63,803 nt of DNA, filler included, from Hyphochytrium catenoides (GCA_900088475.1; 5 parts of 5 records of this genome joined end to end with filler, not necessarily neighbours in it), one strand, 5' to 3'. Shown: positions 50,536 through 63,570, counted from the whole stretch's first letter. Translations and numbers: made by a program. The notes: a model not told the origin generated them from the sequence alone.

Positions 50536-51049
50536 CGTGCCTCCTTCTTCTTCTTCCTTCGATACGCTTTGCTTCTCCGTCCTGGGTCTCTCTCTCTTTC
50601 TCTCCCTTTCTTTCTCGTCTGCCCGTTCTCTTCTCTCTGCTGTAGGTGGCTCTAGTCCTTTTCAGCTTCTCTATGAATCATGGCCCCAAAATTTGCCGCT
50701 TGTACTGCCGCTTGTCCTTCCCCCACTAGTTGGGGCTAGAAGCAAGTCTCTTTCAAGCTCCTATCCCTCAGGACAAAGTCAAATTTACCTCTCTCTGCTC
50801 CCGCCCAAATATCACCCGTCCAATGGCTCCTTACCCGCTGCCTCAACTGCTAAACGCAGCTCATTTGAAGCTCTAACAGCAGCTCATTGGATCTCTGAAA
50901 ATCAAGGCTGACAAGGCTGAGAATCTCTGTCCAAAAGATCTGCAGAAGCTTCAGAACTGTCTCCGTTTCAGGAGCCGCTAACGGACAAAGGCGAAGCGGC
51001 ACAGGACGTTAGTGGGAAGCTGCGTCTCAACTGTCAACGAGGGGAGACT

Positions 51050-51095
<46 letters not shown>

Positions 51096-51203
51096 TCTCT
51101 CTCTCTTCACTATCTCTCTATCTCTCTCTCTCTCTTCACTATCTCTCTCTCTCACTCTCTCTCTCCTCTCTCTCCTATCCTCTCTCTCTCTCTCTCTCTC
51201 TGT

Positions 51204-51244
<41 letters not shown>

Positions 51245-51374
51245 TCCACCCTCTCTTTGTCTCTCCCACTGTTACTTGGTTTGCTTTATCTCTTACCCAT
51301 CCGTACCTCTCTCGATGTCCCGCACCAACGTCCCTCTTCTCTCACGTTTGAGGTTGTTGTCTGACTTTCCTGTC

Positions 51375-51442
<68 letters not shown>

Positions 51443-51663
51443 CTCTCTTCTCCTCGGTCTGGCTCTCTAGTTCTCTCCTCTTTCCCTTCGTCGGGATCTC
51501 GTCTCTTCCTCTTACACTCTCCTCCTTCCCGTCTCGTGCTCTAATTGTCGGTCCCTCTTTTCCTCTTCTTTTCCTCTTAACCTCCACTTTCAGGGCGGAC
51601 AGGAAGCGATAGAGTAAGGGGTGGAGCCAAACACAAATACACAGAGAGAAAGAGATTGAGATT

Positions 51664-51699
<36 letters not shown>

Positions 51700-51740
51700 C
51701 CTCTGCAGGACATCTCCTGCCACTCAAACGAGTAGGAAAA

Positions 51741-52261
51741 ATGGAGGGAGAAGCGAGCTCCACGACGGGGCGGCGGCGGTGCTTTGAGTTCGAGGACAGC
51801 TCCAAGATTGTTAGCCAGACCAAAGCAGTCATTGAAGGTGGGAACCCCTCATTCTTTGTGTGTCTCTCTCTCTCTCTCTTTGTTTATATAGTTCTCACTG
51901 TTCTCTTCTCTTTCTCTCTCTTTCTCTCTCCTCCCCGCCTACTCCCTTTCTCCTGTTTACCTCCTTTTTCCCGCTTTTCTCTCTTCTTTTTCTCTCTCTA
52001 TGTGTACAATACTCCCNNNNNNNNNNNNNNNNNNNNNNNNNNNNNNNNNNNNNNNNNNNNNNNNNNNNNNNNNNNCGCTCTTCCCGAACCCTACTTCTTT
52101 TCTTTCCTACTCTAAACATCTCTTCTGACCTCGCTCTCTGTCACCTCTCAGGGCTGAAGAGGATCTATAAAGAGAAGATTCTCCCGCTGGAGAAAACTTA
52201 TCTCTTCGATGAGTTCTACTCTCCTCTCAAGTCAGACGCGGAGTTTGACTCTCCACCGCTG
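51741..52261 (+). CDS. EHD1: EH-domain-containing (EHD/RME-1) ATPase, first two exons; rest lost at contig end
   Basis: Exons 51741-51837 and 52152-52261 give VIE|GLKRIYKEKILPLEKTYLFDEFYSPLKSDAEFDSPPL, the EHD N-terminal signature. Confidence 0.85.
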
Positions 52262-52298
52262 GTGACACATTCGTTCTCTTCCATCGCCCCTCTGTTTT

Positions 52299-52340
<42 letters not shown>

Positions 52341-52754
52341 CACACAACATACACACTCACTCTCTCTTTCTCTCTCTTTTTCGTTCTTTTTCTCTTTCCT
52401 CCTCCTGAATATGTTCGTGTCTCCGACCTTCCTCTCTCTTCCTCTCCCTCCGCTCTCGCTCTCTCTCTCTCGCTCTCTCTGTCTCGTTGCAATATGTGGT
52501 GCGAAGCTTGGTGTTCTTTCTTCGGACTCTCTTTGCTCTGTTTCCCCTTCCTCTCTCCCTTTGTCTCTCTTCCTATATTTCTCTACCCTTCTCTCTCTCC
52601 GTCAATCCTCTCCTTTCTAAACGTTCCTTCCTTCCCCTTCTTGTGTCTCCTTTCCATCGCTCGCCGTCTCTCTTTCTCCCTCGCTCTCTTGTTGTTGTCT
52701 CTTCACTCTCTCATGACTCTCGCTTGCTCTCTCTCTCACCACACTTTCTTTCTC

Positions 52755-52785
<31 letters not shown>

Positions 52786-52944
52786 CTGATCCTCGCTTTC
52801 TCTCTCTCTCACCACATTTTCTTTCTCACTTCTCTCTCTCTCTCNNNNNNNNNNNNNNNNNNNNNNNNNNNNNNNNNNNNNNNNNNNNTTAATTAATTAA
52901 NNNNNNNNNNNNNNNNNNNNNNNNNNNNNNNNNNNNNNNNNNNN

Positions 52945-54025
52945 AAGGGTTCTAGATTGCTGCAGCGAGTCCGTGATGGACACATCGAACGCCGTATGTT
53001 GATAAGAGTCCGAGAAGCCACGAACCAACAGGTCTCCCGGTTTCAGATTTGACCCCCCCGGAAGGAGGTGACGGGGTTCACGAGAGACTTTTAGGCCAGA
53101 GTCCCGAAAAGCATGGAATAGGATGTTTTGAACACGACGATGACGCTGCTGATTAGCGCCACCACCGCGGCGACAGCCGATACCATGGTCTCCATAAACG
53201 TCCAAAGGGCGAGAGCAGGTCTGACAAGAAGGAGAGACAGAAGACCGCACAAGAGGGATTCCTAAGGAGCGCTACAACATGACCCGGAATACCAAAGGGG
53301 ACGAAACCCTCAGCTGCAGCCATGGGATAGGGGCAGCCCGAAGGAAAGCCCCGGCATGCGGGAGAGAAGTGGCACGTAAGCGAGCCCTCGCGCGCAGGTC
53401 CAAGTCAGCACGAGACAGCAGGGCCCTGGCAGAGGCCGACCAACAAACAAACCGTGACAACAGGTAGTGCTGAAGTTTAGTATCTTCTCGAGAAATGAGA
53501 CGAGAGAAGGGCACACGCACATCCGCGTCAGTGACTTCGACCGTATTCCAGAGGGCCTCGAGCAACTCGTCAGCTAACCGAGGAGAGTAACCCTCGGCAT
53601 CCAGCATGCGTAACAGTTGTTTGATCAACTGGGCCGAGGCGCCCAAGGACCCAATGTAAGCAGGAATCGCCAGGCATGCGGCAGACGCAAGACCCAGGCC
53701 GCCCAGGCGGACGGGGAGGATAGCTTGTTGCCAAACTGCCTCCGGAAGAGAAGGAGGAAGGCCCAATAATCGAGCAAGGAAAGCTCGTAGACGGAGGTGT
53801 TAGAGCACAGAGAGGCCACTTGAGGAGATGGACAGCCGCGAAGCAGATGGTTAATCTTGGCAAAACCGAGACAACCGCGAAACAGACAAAGTTGGGTCTG
53901 AGGAGAGGGCACAAGACTAAGCATCGCATCGACAGCATCCAGACGAGAGAGGACAGAAGATGCATACGAAGAGACGAAGGGGTCGGAGCCAATGGAAACA
54001 CCTAATAGTTCCACACCATCCACAA
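52945..54025 (-). mobile_element. Decayed, 5'-truncated non-LTR retrotransposon with restriction-like endonuclease (CRE-clade-like)
   Basis: End of RT domain (GVELLGVSIGS), QAILPVRLGGLGL, HAGAFLRAAP, zinc knuckle CQTC...DVYGDHGIGC, RLE motifs RHRRVQ..EP..KPGDLLV..FDVSI. Frameshift near 53766 and in-frame TAG at 53272-53274. Confidence 0.88.
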
Positions 54026-54745
54026 TTTTTTTTTTAAATTTTAAAAAATGCCCGGTAATGTTGGGAGTGAACATCATTGTCGGAACCTGGGAAACTCTGT
54101 TGATTATCTTCTGTCGCTCTCACTCTTCTGGCCATTTCCTCCGCTCTCTCTAGCTTTCTACCTTATCTTCTATTTGCCCTCGCCGATCGCTTGCTCTGAT
54201 GCTTTGTTGCTTGCCCGCAGTTCTTTTTCCTCTCGTCGTCGTTTCTTCTCTCTCTCTGTCCGTCCGTCGTATTTCTCTATATTTGTCCTACTACTACTAT
54301 GTATTCGACATTCACTCTCTTTCTCTCGTTCCTCGGTCTGAAGCTATCGTTCTGCTGTTAGCGGGGATCTATCTCAATTCCCCAGGACGAGGAGGAGAAG
54401 GGTTGATTAATTGCCACCGTAGAGACCGACGACGAAGAGCGTAAGCCGGAACCAAATAGATGGACAGAGCGAGAGGAAGAGAGAGAACTAAGAGAGAGAG
54501 AAAGAGGAGGAACAGAGAGACGAAGAGGAGGAAAGGGTGACAAGGAGGAGAAAGGAGGAAGCGGACCAGCAACAACGAAGCAAGGTCAAACTACGCTTCA
54601 GCCCCACCCTCTCTATCTTCCATATTCCATCGGCGAGGCAAGAGCCAACAACATTTCCCGCCGGCACTGCAAGGAAATCATTTCTCTCGGCGGACTTCTC
54701 CTCTCATCCGCGCGTGCTCTCTCTCTTTCTCTTTTTGGTTGGACG

Positions 54746-55736
54746 ATGGCGTCCGTTGTCTCCACGACGATTCTCGCCAGCTCCCTTATGATGTACCACG
54801 CGGCCCTCACGCAGTATCACCAGTGGTTCCAAGCCTATGAGCAAGTCTTAACCGATGACGTACGAAAGAACATTGCAGATATTCTCTCCCCTGACGTCTC
54901 TCTCTCTACCGCGGCTTCCACCAGGCCGCCCGTTGTCGGCGACTCCGCCGTTCTTGACCGCATCGCTGCGTATAAAGACTATAAGAATGCCCATTATCTG
55001 CAGTCCGCGGAAGTGACTCAAAATCCAGGACCGGACAAGAGGGCTCTTCATCTGAACCTCACCGCTAATATTATCTTTGACCAAGTTGCGCCCGATGGGA
55101 AGGCGTCAAGCTTTGCGATCTGTTACGAGGCTGCGCTGAGCTGGCCCACCAAAGAACAAACTCTGCCGACCTGTGACCGCATTCATCTCGTTCCTTCTGC
55201 TCCCTGCACGGCCTTTTGTCGCGGCCTTCATCAACAACAGAGCGCTGTCTTTCCTTCACTATTGGATAGCCAACCTGGCNNNNNNNNNNNNNNNNNNNNN
55301 NNNNNNNNNNNNNNNNTCCGCATTAGCAGGTTTGAGCCACTTCTCGAGGCCAAGTTTGACATCAATTTGGAGCCCGACCTTGGACCCTCGTCCACGGGTA
55401 CCCTGTACAACTGGATGATCAGCGACTTGAACGAAGTCAGTAGAGCAATGGGTGCGCGAGGGCGGCCTGCTTTATGAGTCCCAACATAGACACCGAAATA
55501 CGCGGGTGAAGGCGCTTTCAAACAACGGTGATATTTGCCTTTGGACGGTGATGGACAGTGAGAGCAAATCATCTCCTTCTGATAGTAGCTTCGAGGGCTC
55601 CTACACCTACCGCTTCCTCCTCAAGAACGACCCAGCCAAGCCGTTTGCCACGGTAAAGAAGGCAAAGAGGACCGCAGAAGTGTCCTATGAGAATGATAAC
55701 AAAGACTTCGACGAGTGCAGAGCAGAAAGGCGTTAA
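54746..55736 (+). pseudogene. Intronless tandem NTF2/SnoaL-like protein of bacterial appearance, with two +1 frameshifts
   Basis: Protein-like reading continues across frame changes at ~55200 (to RPFVAAFINNRALSFLHYWIANL) and ~55440 (to VEQWVREG...HRHRNTRV...YRFLLKNDPAKPFATVKK). The two halves have similar layouts: helix, ILSPDVSL / LLEAKFDINL, then a His-containing strand. Confidence 0.55.
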
Positions 55737-56833
55737 GCGGTTGCAAGACGGAAAGATAAGAGAGAGAAACTGCTATGTATGGACCGCGCTATGTATGGAC
55801 CGGTTACTGCTCAGGGACAGAGAACAGCTTGGTTCCCGTCCATCAATGAGTAGGACTCGGACTACTCAGGACTATTGCGAGGGACCTTACCTTGCTTCGG
55901 GGCCTTTAAAGGGATTGATTTCGCTGCTTTAGTCCCTCACTCTTCTATGTCTTTTCCTTTCCCTAGTAGTAGGTAGATGGAACCTTTCTACACGTTCCTC
56001 TCTTCTTGCGATCCCATGTAACTCCTCTCCTTAGAGGATTGTCACCTTTTATTATAAACTTTTCTCTGATAAGAAAGTCGTTTGTTAGCGCACGAGTTAG
56101 AAGGCCTCTGCCTGCTTTGTCTGCACTGAGGCCTGACCAGCTGAAGTGTAAGACCTAGCAACTCACTGTGTTCTCATCTTATTACATTCTAGATAAAAGG
56201 AGAGAGAGAAAGAGAGAGAAAATGACAGATTTTGAGAATAGCGGGTCCTTTCTCTGGGCTCTGGGGGCCTTCTTCCCCGCGATCGGCGTCACCGCACTTA
56301 GGAAGGAAAAGAAGGGAAGGAAGTCGTCGGATCCTTGGTCTATATCTTCGTTATGGTTGTTCTATTGATATTCCTGCTTACTTCTTCCATGTATGCTTAC
56401 CGTCCCTGAAGAGCCAGAAAAATAAGACTATGATAAGAAGAACAAGATGTCTATCAAAGCGCCGTTTATATTCTGGAAAAAGAAAGAGGCTTTCGGTACA
56501 TAGCGACCTGCTGTTATTTCTCTTCCTCTTCTCTCTCTCCCCCACAGCCACAACACACACAACCTTGAGCTCGAGGATAAAGGGTCTGTTACTTAGCGGG
56601 AATAAGTAGTAACGGACAGTCAGATCAGACATTCCTCTATTTTGGGGGACACGGAAGAATGAGTCATGACGTAGAGACGGCATAATATCCGTTGTCTAAT
56701 CCTTGCACCACCACCACCATGCATCCAGAAGTGAGTCGTAGGGAAAGCTCTCCACAGCACCCAACAGATGCTAAGGTGCTTCGTTCTGGCTCCAGCGCAA
56801 AAGAGAACTTAGAAGGGGAGTTCACAGCTGTAT

Positions 56834-56940
56834 CTTACAGACGTGGCCCGCGCGGGGGCAGGAGTTAACGACAGGAGGAGGTCAGAGCCTTACAGACGTG
56901 GCCCGCCGGCAGGAGTTAACGACAGGAGGAGGTCAGAGCC
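56834..56940 (+). repeat. Two-copy tandem repeat, ~52-55 bp unit
   Basis: cttacagacgtggcccgc(gcggg/c)ggcaggagttaacgacaggaggaggtcagagc is repeated directly at 56834 and 56889. Confidence 0.9.
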
Positions 56941-59900
56941 TTGTCAACTGTAGTATGAGAAACAGATGCAGATCTCAAGAGAGTGAGAGAGAGAGAGAAG
57001 GTGCTCTGTCTGTACCTTGGCTGGCCAGGCCTCAGNNNNNNNNNNNNNNNNNNNNNNNNNNNNNNNNNNNNNNNNNNNNTTAATTAATTAANNNNNNNNN
57101 NNNNNNNNNNNNNNNNNNNNNNNNNNNNNNNNNNNTAAGGGCCTGGGAGAGAAGAAGCAGGGAAGGTTTCCAAACTTTCAATATTATTCAATGTGCCACT
57201 TTGGGTAGGGATATCACTCAATCTCTTAGGGACACCTTTGTTGCACCATTATTATTGATCACTACGACGGTACCTTGCCTTCGTTGCTACTACTACCACG
57301 GACTAACTGCTGCCGTCGTGTCAATCATCATTATTTCAATCACTACTTTTTCTTCTTTGATGGTCTTCTGCAGCTGCGGCATCCTTTTCCTCCTGCAGTA
57401 AGCTGTTGTCGCAGCTTGAACCTCATAATACACCATCTTTTGGTATGGTCTGCAGGTGGTGTATCCATCATCCACCTCTCCCCATAATTGCTTTTCCTCT
57501 AGATGAAGGACAGCAGAAGACCGATGATCCTCCTCCTCCTGTCGTCGCCTTCTTCGTTTTTACTACGCTTTTGAGCAAGATTCAGGATTCGATATATATG
57601 ATGGTGTGCGTGGTGAAGACAACAAGGAGAATAAACAAGTGATAGGAGGAGGGAAAATAGTCCGTTTTTAAAATCAAAGCCCACAACAAGAGGGGGTGCG
57701 GTCACGTAGTATGGGGAAAAATCAGCATAAAGATCATCATCATCCGTGGTGCAACCAAAAAAGACCGCCCAAGAGCGACGACTCACTTTTTGATTCTCAG
57801 TACAACAATAGTGTCACTGCTGGTGACGAACTATTTATATTGTAGTCCCACTTGCCTTTTCTTGTTGTCAAGATGATGTCGCCTTAGTTCAACAAGGCCA
57901 TCACGCAGGGAATGTTACTAGCGCTGCTACTTTGGGGCCATCATCAACGACGGCGATGGTTGTCGCGCTCTTTCTTCACCATCTGATCGAGTGCTAAAAC
58001 AGCAACAACACCCAATTTCTTACCCTCCATCAGGGCAGTAAGCAATAGGTAGGTATAATTTAAACTTTGGTGCGCTTAAAAAGATGACCCATAATGATCA
58101 AGACGCTATCGGCTGCCATCTTCCCTCTTTTTGGTGAGCTTCACTGAAATTGGCCGTCTTTCCTCTGCATTTTAGTGGCTAGGTTGGTTGACGATGCACC
58201 TATTCAAATAAATGCAGAAAGTGCTTGTCATCCTCAGCCTCATGATGATGTAACATCGACTTAGACCGAATGATAGTATGGCTGTTCCATGGTGTTTCAG
58301 TGACGACGCAGCGAATAACTGTTCCAAGGACCTTTCCTAATCATATTTCAGAAGCCTCCCACCACAGCCCAGGCCGCGGTGACAACCAGGACCTTGTTGC
58401 TTTGTCAATTAGTCATCCGACTAGGCGATATCTAAGAATTGCAACCCGTTTAGAAGACATACTAGTACATTATATGCAACTCAGGTGCGGGAATTGAAGA
58501 CCAAGTTATTGGCAGCATAGCCTTAGCGGAGTGCAAGCAATGCGCTGTTAGTAGGTCAAGCGAAGAGACAGACAAGGACTCTAATAAAAACTGTATGAAT
58601 GAGAGGTAGGGTAACCGTGGTAGCGTTGTTATTCCTGCTGGTTCTTCATCTAGTCAATCTGGTGTTAGAAGTCGCTCTTTGCAATAAGTCACCTTGTTGA
58701 CTTCACAGGGCAAATGGTACGAAAAAAGACGCACGACATATTGTCAGAATTCTGAATTATTTATAAAAATTCCTTTACAGAAAGCCGCCATATTCTCCTC
58801 TATTGCTAACTTTTTGTAGATCAATCCTTCAATTGAAGGACAGGGCCATGTCTCAACTAGTCGCAACTAATCTGTTATTACCTTCATTTGCTAAAATGAC
58901 TCTTAACTAGTTTATGACAGTTCAACCAACCCATGCCACCAAGCCAACCAGAGAGGCAGGAGATAGGAAGGGTAGCGCTTTCGACTTAAAACAACAAAGC
59001 GATGTTTAGACTATATACACGTTTAGCCTGCTCTTCTTCCTCCAGAGGGAAGGAAGAGGGGAAAGCGATGAGGGCGCTGCTGTAATATAAGACGAAGAAG
59101 AGCAAGTACTAGACTCTATCCTCCTTGTCTATACCTCTCAGCTATATGATGAAAAATTATTCGCCGCAGCACTACTCATCAACAGACGGTGTTAATGAAA
59201 TCTTACTGTCCATTACATTTGGAAGAGGCTATTGCCTTATCTCAAAAAGCGGTAGCCCGGTAAGGGGCTTTTTGGGTCCTCTTAGCCATGGGTGTCGAAT
59301 TGCTTATAGGCTGTAATATCACCCCTCTCTCTCTTTTGTTCCCTTGTCTTATTACCCTTGTTGTTGGTAACATTATTTGCTTCTAATCATCATCATTTTC
59401 TCCTTTTGCCTCCTGCTGACTCAAGTGATCTCTTCGAGATACTATGTCACATTTTACCATCGTCAACATCAGCACTGCCATTAGGATTGCCCCCACGCCC
59501 TACAGAGAACAGCTTGCTATTGCGGATTGCTTGTCGTCTTCTCTCTATAAGGTGGGTGGTGGTGAAGTGTCTTCTTATTATCATGAGATGGCATACCTCT
59601 GGGCCATACGTATTAGTTTACAGAATAACTCCTTCCTTCTCAGTCAGCTCGCTGTAAGCACACAGCTGAGCTTTTTCTCTGGCTGGGCTCCATTTTATTG
59701 ATGACTTCAAGCTAGAAGTGTTTTTGCAGCTGTTTTTGCTTGAGCAAGGAAGTGATGCCATAGAATTGGCGAGTATTCAGTGTAAAGATAGAACTGAGAA
59801 CTACTCTCTCAAGCTAGGTAAAAAAACGGCAAATTTTCAATGGGTAGGGTAACTCCCGAAATTAATTTTCGTGAAAAAGAGAAAGAGAAAAAGAAGAAGA

Positions 59901-62900
59901 AGAAGAGCAAAAGAAGAGAAAGAAGAAGAAAAGAAGAATTACAAACAAGTGGTGGAAGAAACCAGAGGAGACGACAAAGATTAGGATCAGAGGAAAGACA
60001 GAAAAAGAGGGAAGAAAGAAGAGAGAGGAAAAGGAAGATGAAAGAAGAAGAAGAAAAGGTAAAAGAAACTTCCTTCTTTTTAACTTTCTTCTTCTTCTTC
60101 ACTTTCTTCTTCTTCAAAGAAAAAGAAAAGAAGGAAAAAAAGAAGAAGGTAAGAGGAAGAAGAGACGAAGAAGTAGAAGATACGAGAGGAGACAACAAAC
60201 ACCGGGATCAGAGGAGAGGACAAAAGAGGATAGAAAGAGAGAAACCATAAAAGTTGAAAGAAGAACAAAACAATGAAAGCTGAGAGAAGAAGAGGTTTCT
60301 CCTGCATTGTACTACAGTTGGTTGTTATTATGGTGGTGCTGCTGACGCTTCTTTCCACCAAGCAAATCTAAAAGAGACAGCAGCCGCCGCTGGAGCTCCT
60401 GCTGCCTCCTCGTCGATTCGCCATGAGAGTAGCTGGAGTATGAGTTGTGTGGTCATTGCAGATGACGGAGCACGTCATTTTGGTGCCAGGGTTTGGGCGG
60501 CCGCGTTTGTTGTTGTTCATATTTTTTTATATTTAGCTACTGCTACTACTACTGCTTCGGGCAACAAGGGGGAGAGGAGGACCAGCCGCCAGCAATAGCG
60601 AACGTAGTAAGGAGGTCCAGAAAACAGACCCAGGACGGGTCGGAAGAAGATGTACCTAAGGGCGTACCGTCGTGATGGTCGATCTCTATTATCTTCAATT
60701 TCATTGCTACTCGTCGTAGTAGTGCTGCTTCTTCTTGTCTACAGTTATTATAAGAACTCCTGGATTGAAGCTGTTAGGTAGTATCATCTTACAACGAACA
60801 AACGACTTCTAGTTGAAGACTAGTAGGAGAAAGTGCGGCGGCGAGAGGAGTAAGAAGATTGAGAAGAAGAGAAGAGGAAATGAGGAAGGGAGGACGGAGC
60901 GAGGAGAAAGGAGCGAGCCGAGGAGGAGGAGGTGGCGGCGGGAAGCACCGTTCATCAAAGCAGCAGCAGGGTTGTAGTGCTCGCGCTGTACGAAGAAATA
61001 GATACAATACTGCAGACCTGGTGCTTTAATGGTGAGCGGAACGAAGTGGATGAGAAGACTGTCACCCTTACTTGCTTTCAAGCTGGCAAAATAAAGCCCT
61101 CAAAATGGGCTTAGGTCCCTCTACATTCCTAAAACTGTCGTGTTGATATCTAATATGATCTATACATTCAGAAGGTTCATGACCTAACACCACTTAAGGT
61201 CATACAGATCACAAACTGAGGCATGCTGATTTGCAACTAGCGCCATTTATTGTTGATGTTCCCGACCTAATGCAGACCTAAGCCCCCTGCAGTACCCTTT
61301 AGAAGCTTGCCCAAAAAACAAACATCACAGTGAAATATACTGAAACTTTGCACTAGTTATATTTGCAGGTGGAGGAGGGATGGATGTGGGGGATTGACGG
61401 TTACACTCCTCTATCCCCCCTCGTTCATACTCCATTTCCCACTCTTTCTTCTCTTCTTGCCTCATGTTGTGCCATCTTTCTGACTTCAAATAGTTCTAGA
61501 ATCATCATCAGTCTTTTATATGCGTTCTGGACAGTCCCTTTGTTAGAGCAATAACGTCAATCGCCAACAGAGGGGTAGTTCCTCCTCCAGTAGAAATTGG
61601 AGGAAGGGCCTACTGTATTTGTAACTTATAAGCCTTCAGGGCAGCTTCTACTGAAAATAATCTCTCCATCGCAAGGCCTTTCCACGAAGATTATTGATAT
61701 CTTTCATTAGCTCGAGCACCTCCGAAATCGCTGATATTTTTGTTAAATAAAGCTGCTATTGTATTCTCTTTGCTTACCCTTCAAACTCTATAATTTTTTC
61801 CTCCCTCTTCTTCTCTCAGTACCCTTTCAACTTTGGGTTTAGTAGTTTTGCGATCTACAATCTTCTCTGAACCTCTCAACTAGTAGGTCAATAGTTAGCC
61901 AGTTTGTCTATCTCTGGGTTGTCGACGGGAAGGGCATTAGCGATTGAACTCCTTATAATGTTTTTTTTCTAGGACAGGGATTGTAACAACCTCATATTTA
62001 TACATACTTCTTCGCCAGAAAGAAGAATGATCTTCCATGAGAAGGAAAGTCTAAAGACATTGCAACCACTGTTTCTTTTGCTTATCCTCCTGTCTGCTTG
62101 TTACAAAATAACAATAGCAACAATCCATGAGAATGCTCTTCCGATTGACGAGGAGTGTCCCTCTTCAAATTGATGATCATTTTTCGGGCAGGTAGAGATC
62201 TAGCAGGTTTTGTTGTGCTCCTCCTGCTCCATCTTTTTAGCTCTCGATATACGAAAACTCAAAAGACTTCGGTTATGCTANNNNNNNNNNNNNNNNNNNN
62301 NNNNNNNNNNNNNNNNNNNNNNNNTTAATTAATTAANNNNNNNNNNNNNNNNNNNNNNNNNNNNNNNNNNNNNNNNNNNNTTAGGAGAGTGACCAAGAGG
62401 AGCGATAAAGAGTAGAGCAGTGCGGACAGGGAACAGACGGGCACGACATGCACCAGGAGCAAGAGGGGGAGAGAGAGAGAGAAAAAGAGCGCAAGAGAGA
62501 GAGAAAAAGAAAAGCTAGTGAGAGATAGGGCGGGAGAAAGAGCGCGAGAGAGAAAGAAAGTAGGAAGCTACCCAATAAAGAAAGAGAGAGGCAAATCAAC
62601 CAGACAAAGGAGAGAGAAGATTTGAGCATGAAGAGATAGAGGATGAGAAAGAATTCTTGGAGCTGGAAGGATAGATGGAGAGAAAGAATTTTTGCAGCTG
62701 GAAAGGTAGATGGAAAGAAAGAAGCAACGTGCAAGAAATAAACCAAGTGTAGCAGCTTGGCTTTGAGAAGGAAGGGAAACAGCCAGAGAGAAAGGGAGAA
62801 GAAAAAGAGAGAGAGTGAGAAAGAGAGAGAGAGAATCTATATGCCCAGGAACGCAAAAGGAAATTGAGACAACAGGGGATGGAAAGAAAATGGCAAGCAA

Positions 62901-63133
62901 GAGAGAGATAGTCCTTGACATCATCGCGAAGGGTCGAGGAAGGAAAGAAGGGAGAAAGACATAACGCGGAGAAAAGGAGAAGAGAAAAGTAGGAAAACCT
63001 ATACAGACACAGAGAAAGAGAGAGAAGAAGGTGGATTTGATGGAGAGGGGAGACACACACACACAGAGCGAGAGAGAGAGGAAGAGAAAGAGACAGAAAA
63101 AAAAAGAGAGAGAGAGAGAGAGGGCTTTCTTAC

Positions 63134-63570
63134 TCCTACGGGTCCAAGGATGGTCCCTATCCAGTTAGTGAGGAGAATGTCATCTGGAGACTCGAGTCCG
63201 TAGCTGATGCTCATGTCCCCATGACCCTTCTCACTCTTCTCCAGCTCCTCAAGCAGCTTGAAGTTACGAGGAACTGGGTGAGAAAGAGAAAGAAGAGAGA
63301 GAGAGAGAAAGAGAGAGAAAAACAGAGAAAGAGGGAGGAGACCAGAGAGAGAAGGGGTACGTGAGGACGAAGAGGAACTCTCTGGCAAGGGTGATATCTT
63401 TTTCGTTAGCAGCCTCGTCACTCTTCTCTCGTGCTTGACGCTCCTTGACCCCATGCCCATCTCTTCCATCTCTCTCTACCTCTCAACACGCGCCGTGTTA
63501 TCTCGGTATTCATAGCAAAGGCTATCTCCTCTCTCTCTCTCTCTCTCACTCACTCACTCTCTCTCTCTCT

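Noticed and set aside
52715-52844. ~73-bp duplicated CT-rich unit at contig end
   Set aside because: Intronic microsatellite-associated duplication that probably broke the assembly; no sign of function.
53272-53274. In-frame TAG in the retrotransposon ORF as stop-codon readthrough or an alternative genetic code
   Set aside because: The same element also has a frameshift and 5' truncation. Host genes end in TAG (BK, MEMO1), TGA (PH) and TAA (bZIP), consistent with the standard code.
55190-55445. Two +1 shifts as programmed ribosomal frameshifting
   Set aside because: No shared slippery or shifty-stop motif at the two sites; decay or assembly error is simpler.
56834-56940. Direct repeats as a possible CRISPR array
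   Set aside because: Only two adjacent copies, no unique spacers, no cas genes, eukaryotic context.
59840-60250. 136-aa Lys/Glu/Arg-rich ORF
   Set aside because: Low-complexity GAA/AAAG repeat with no domain or splice support.
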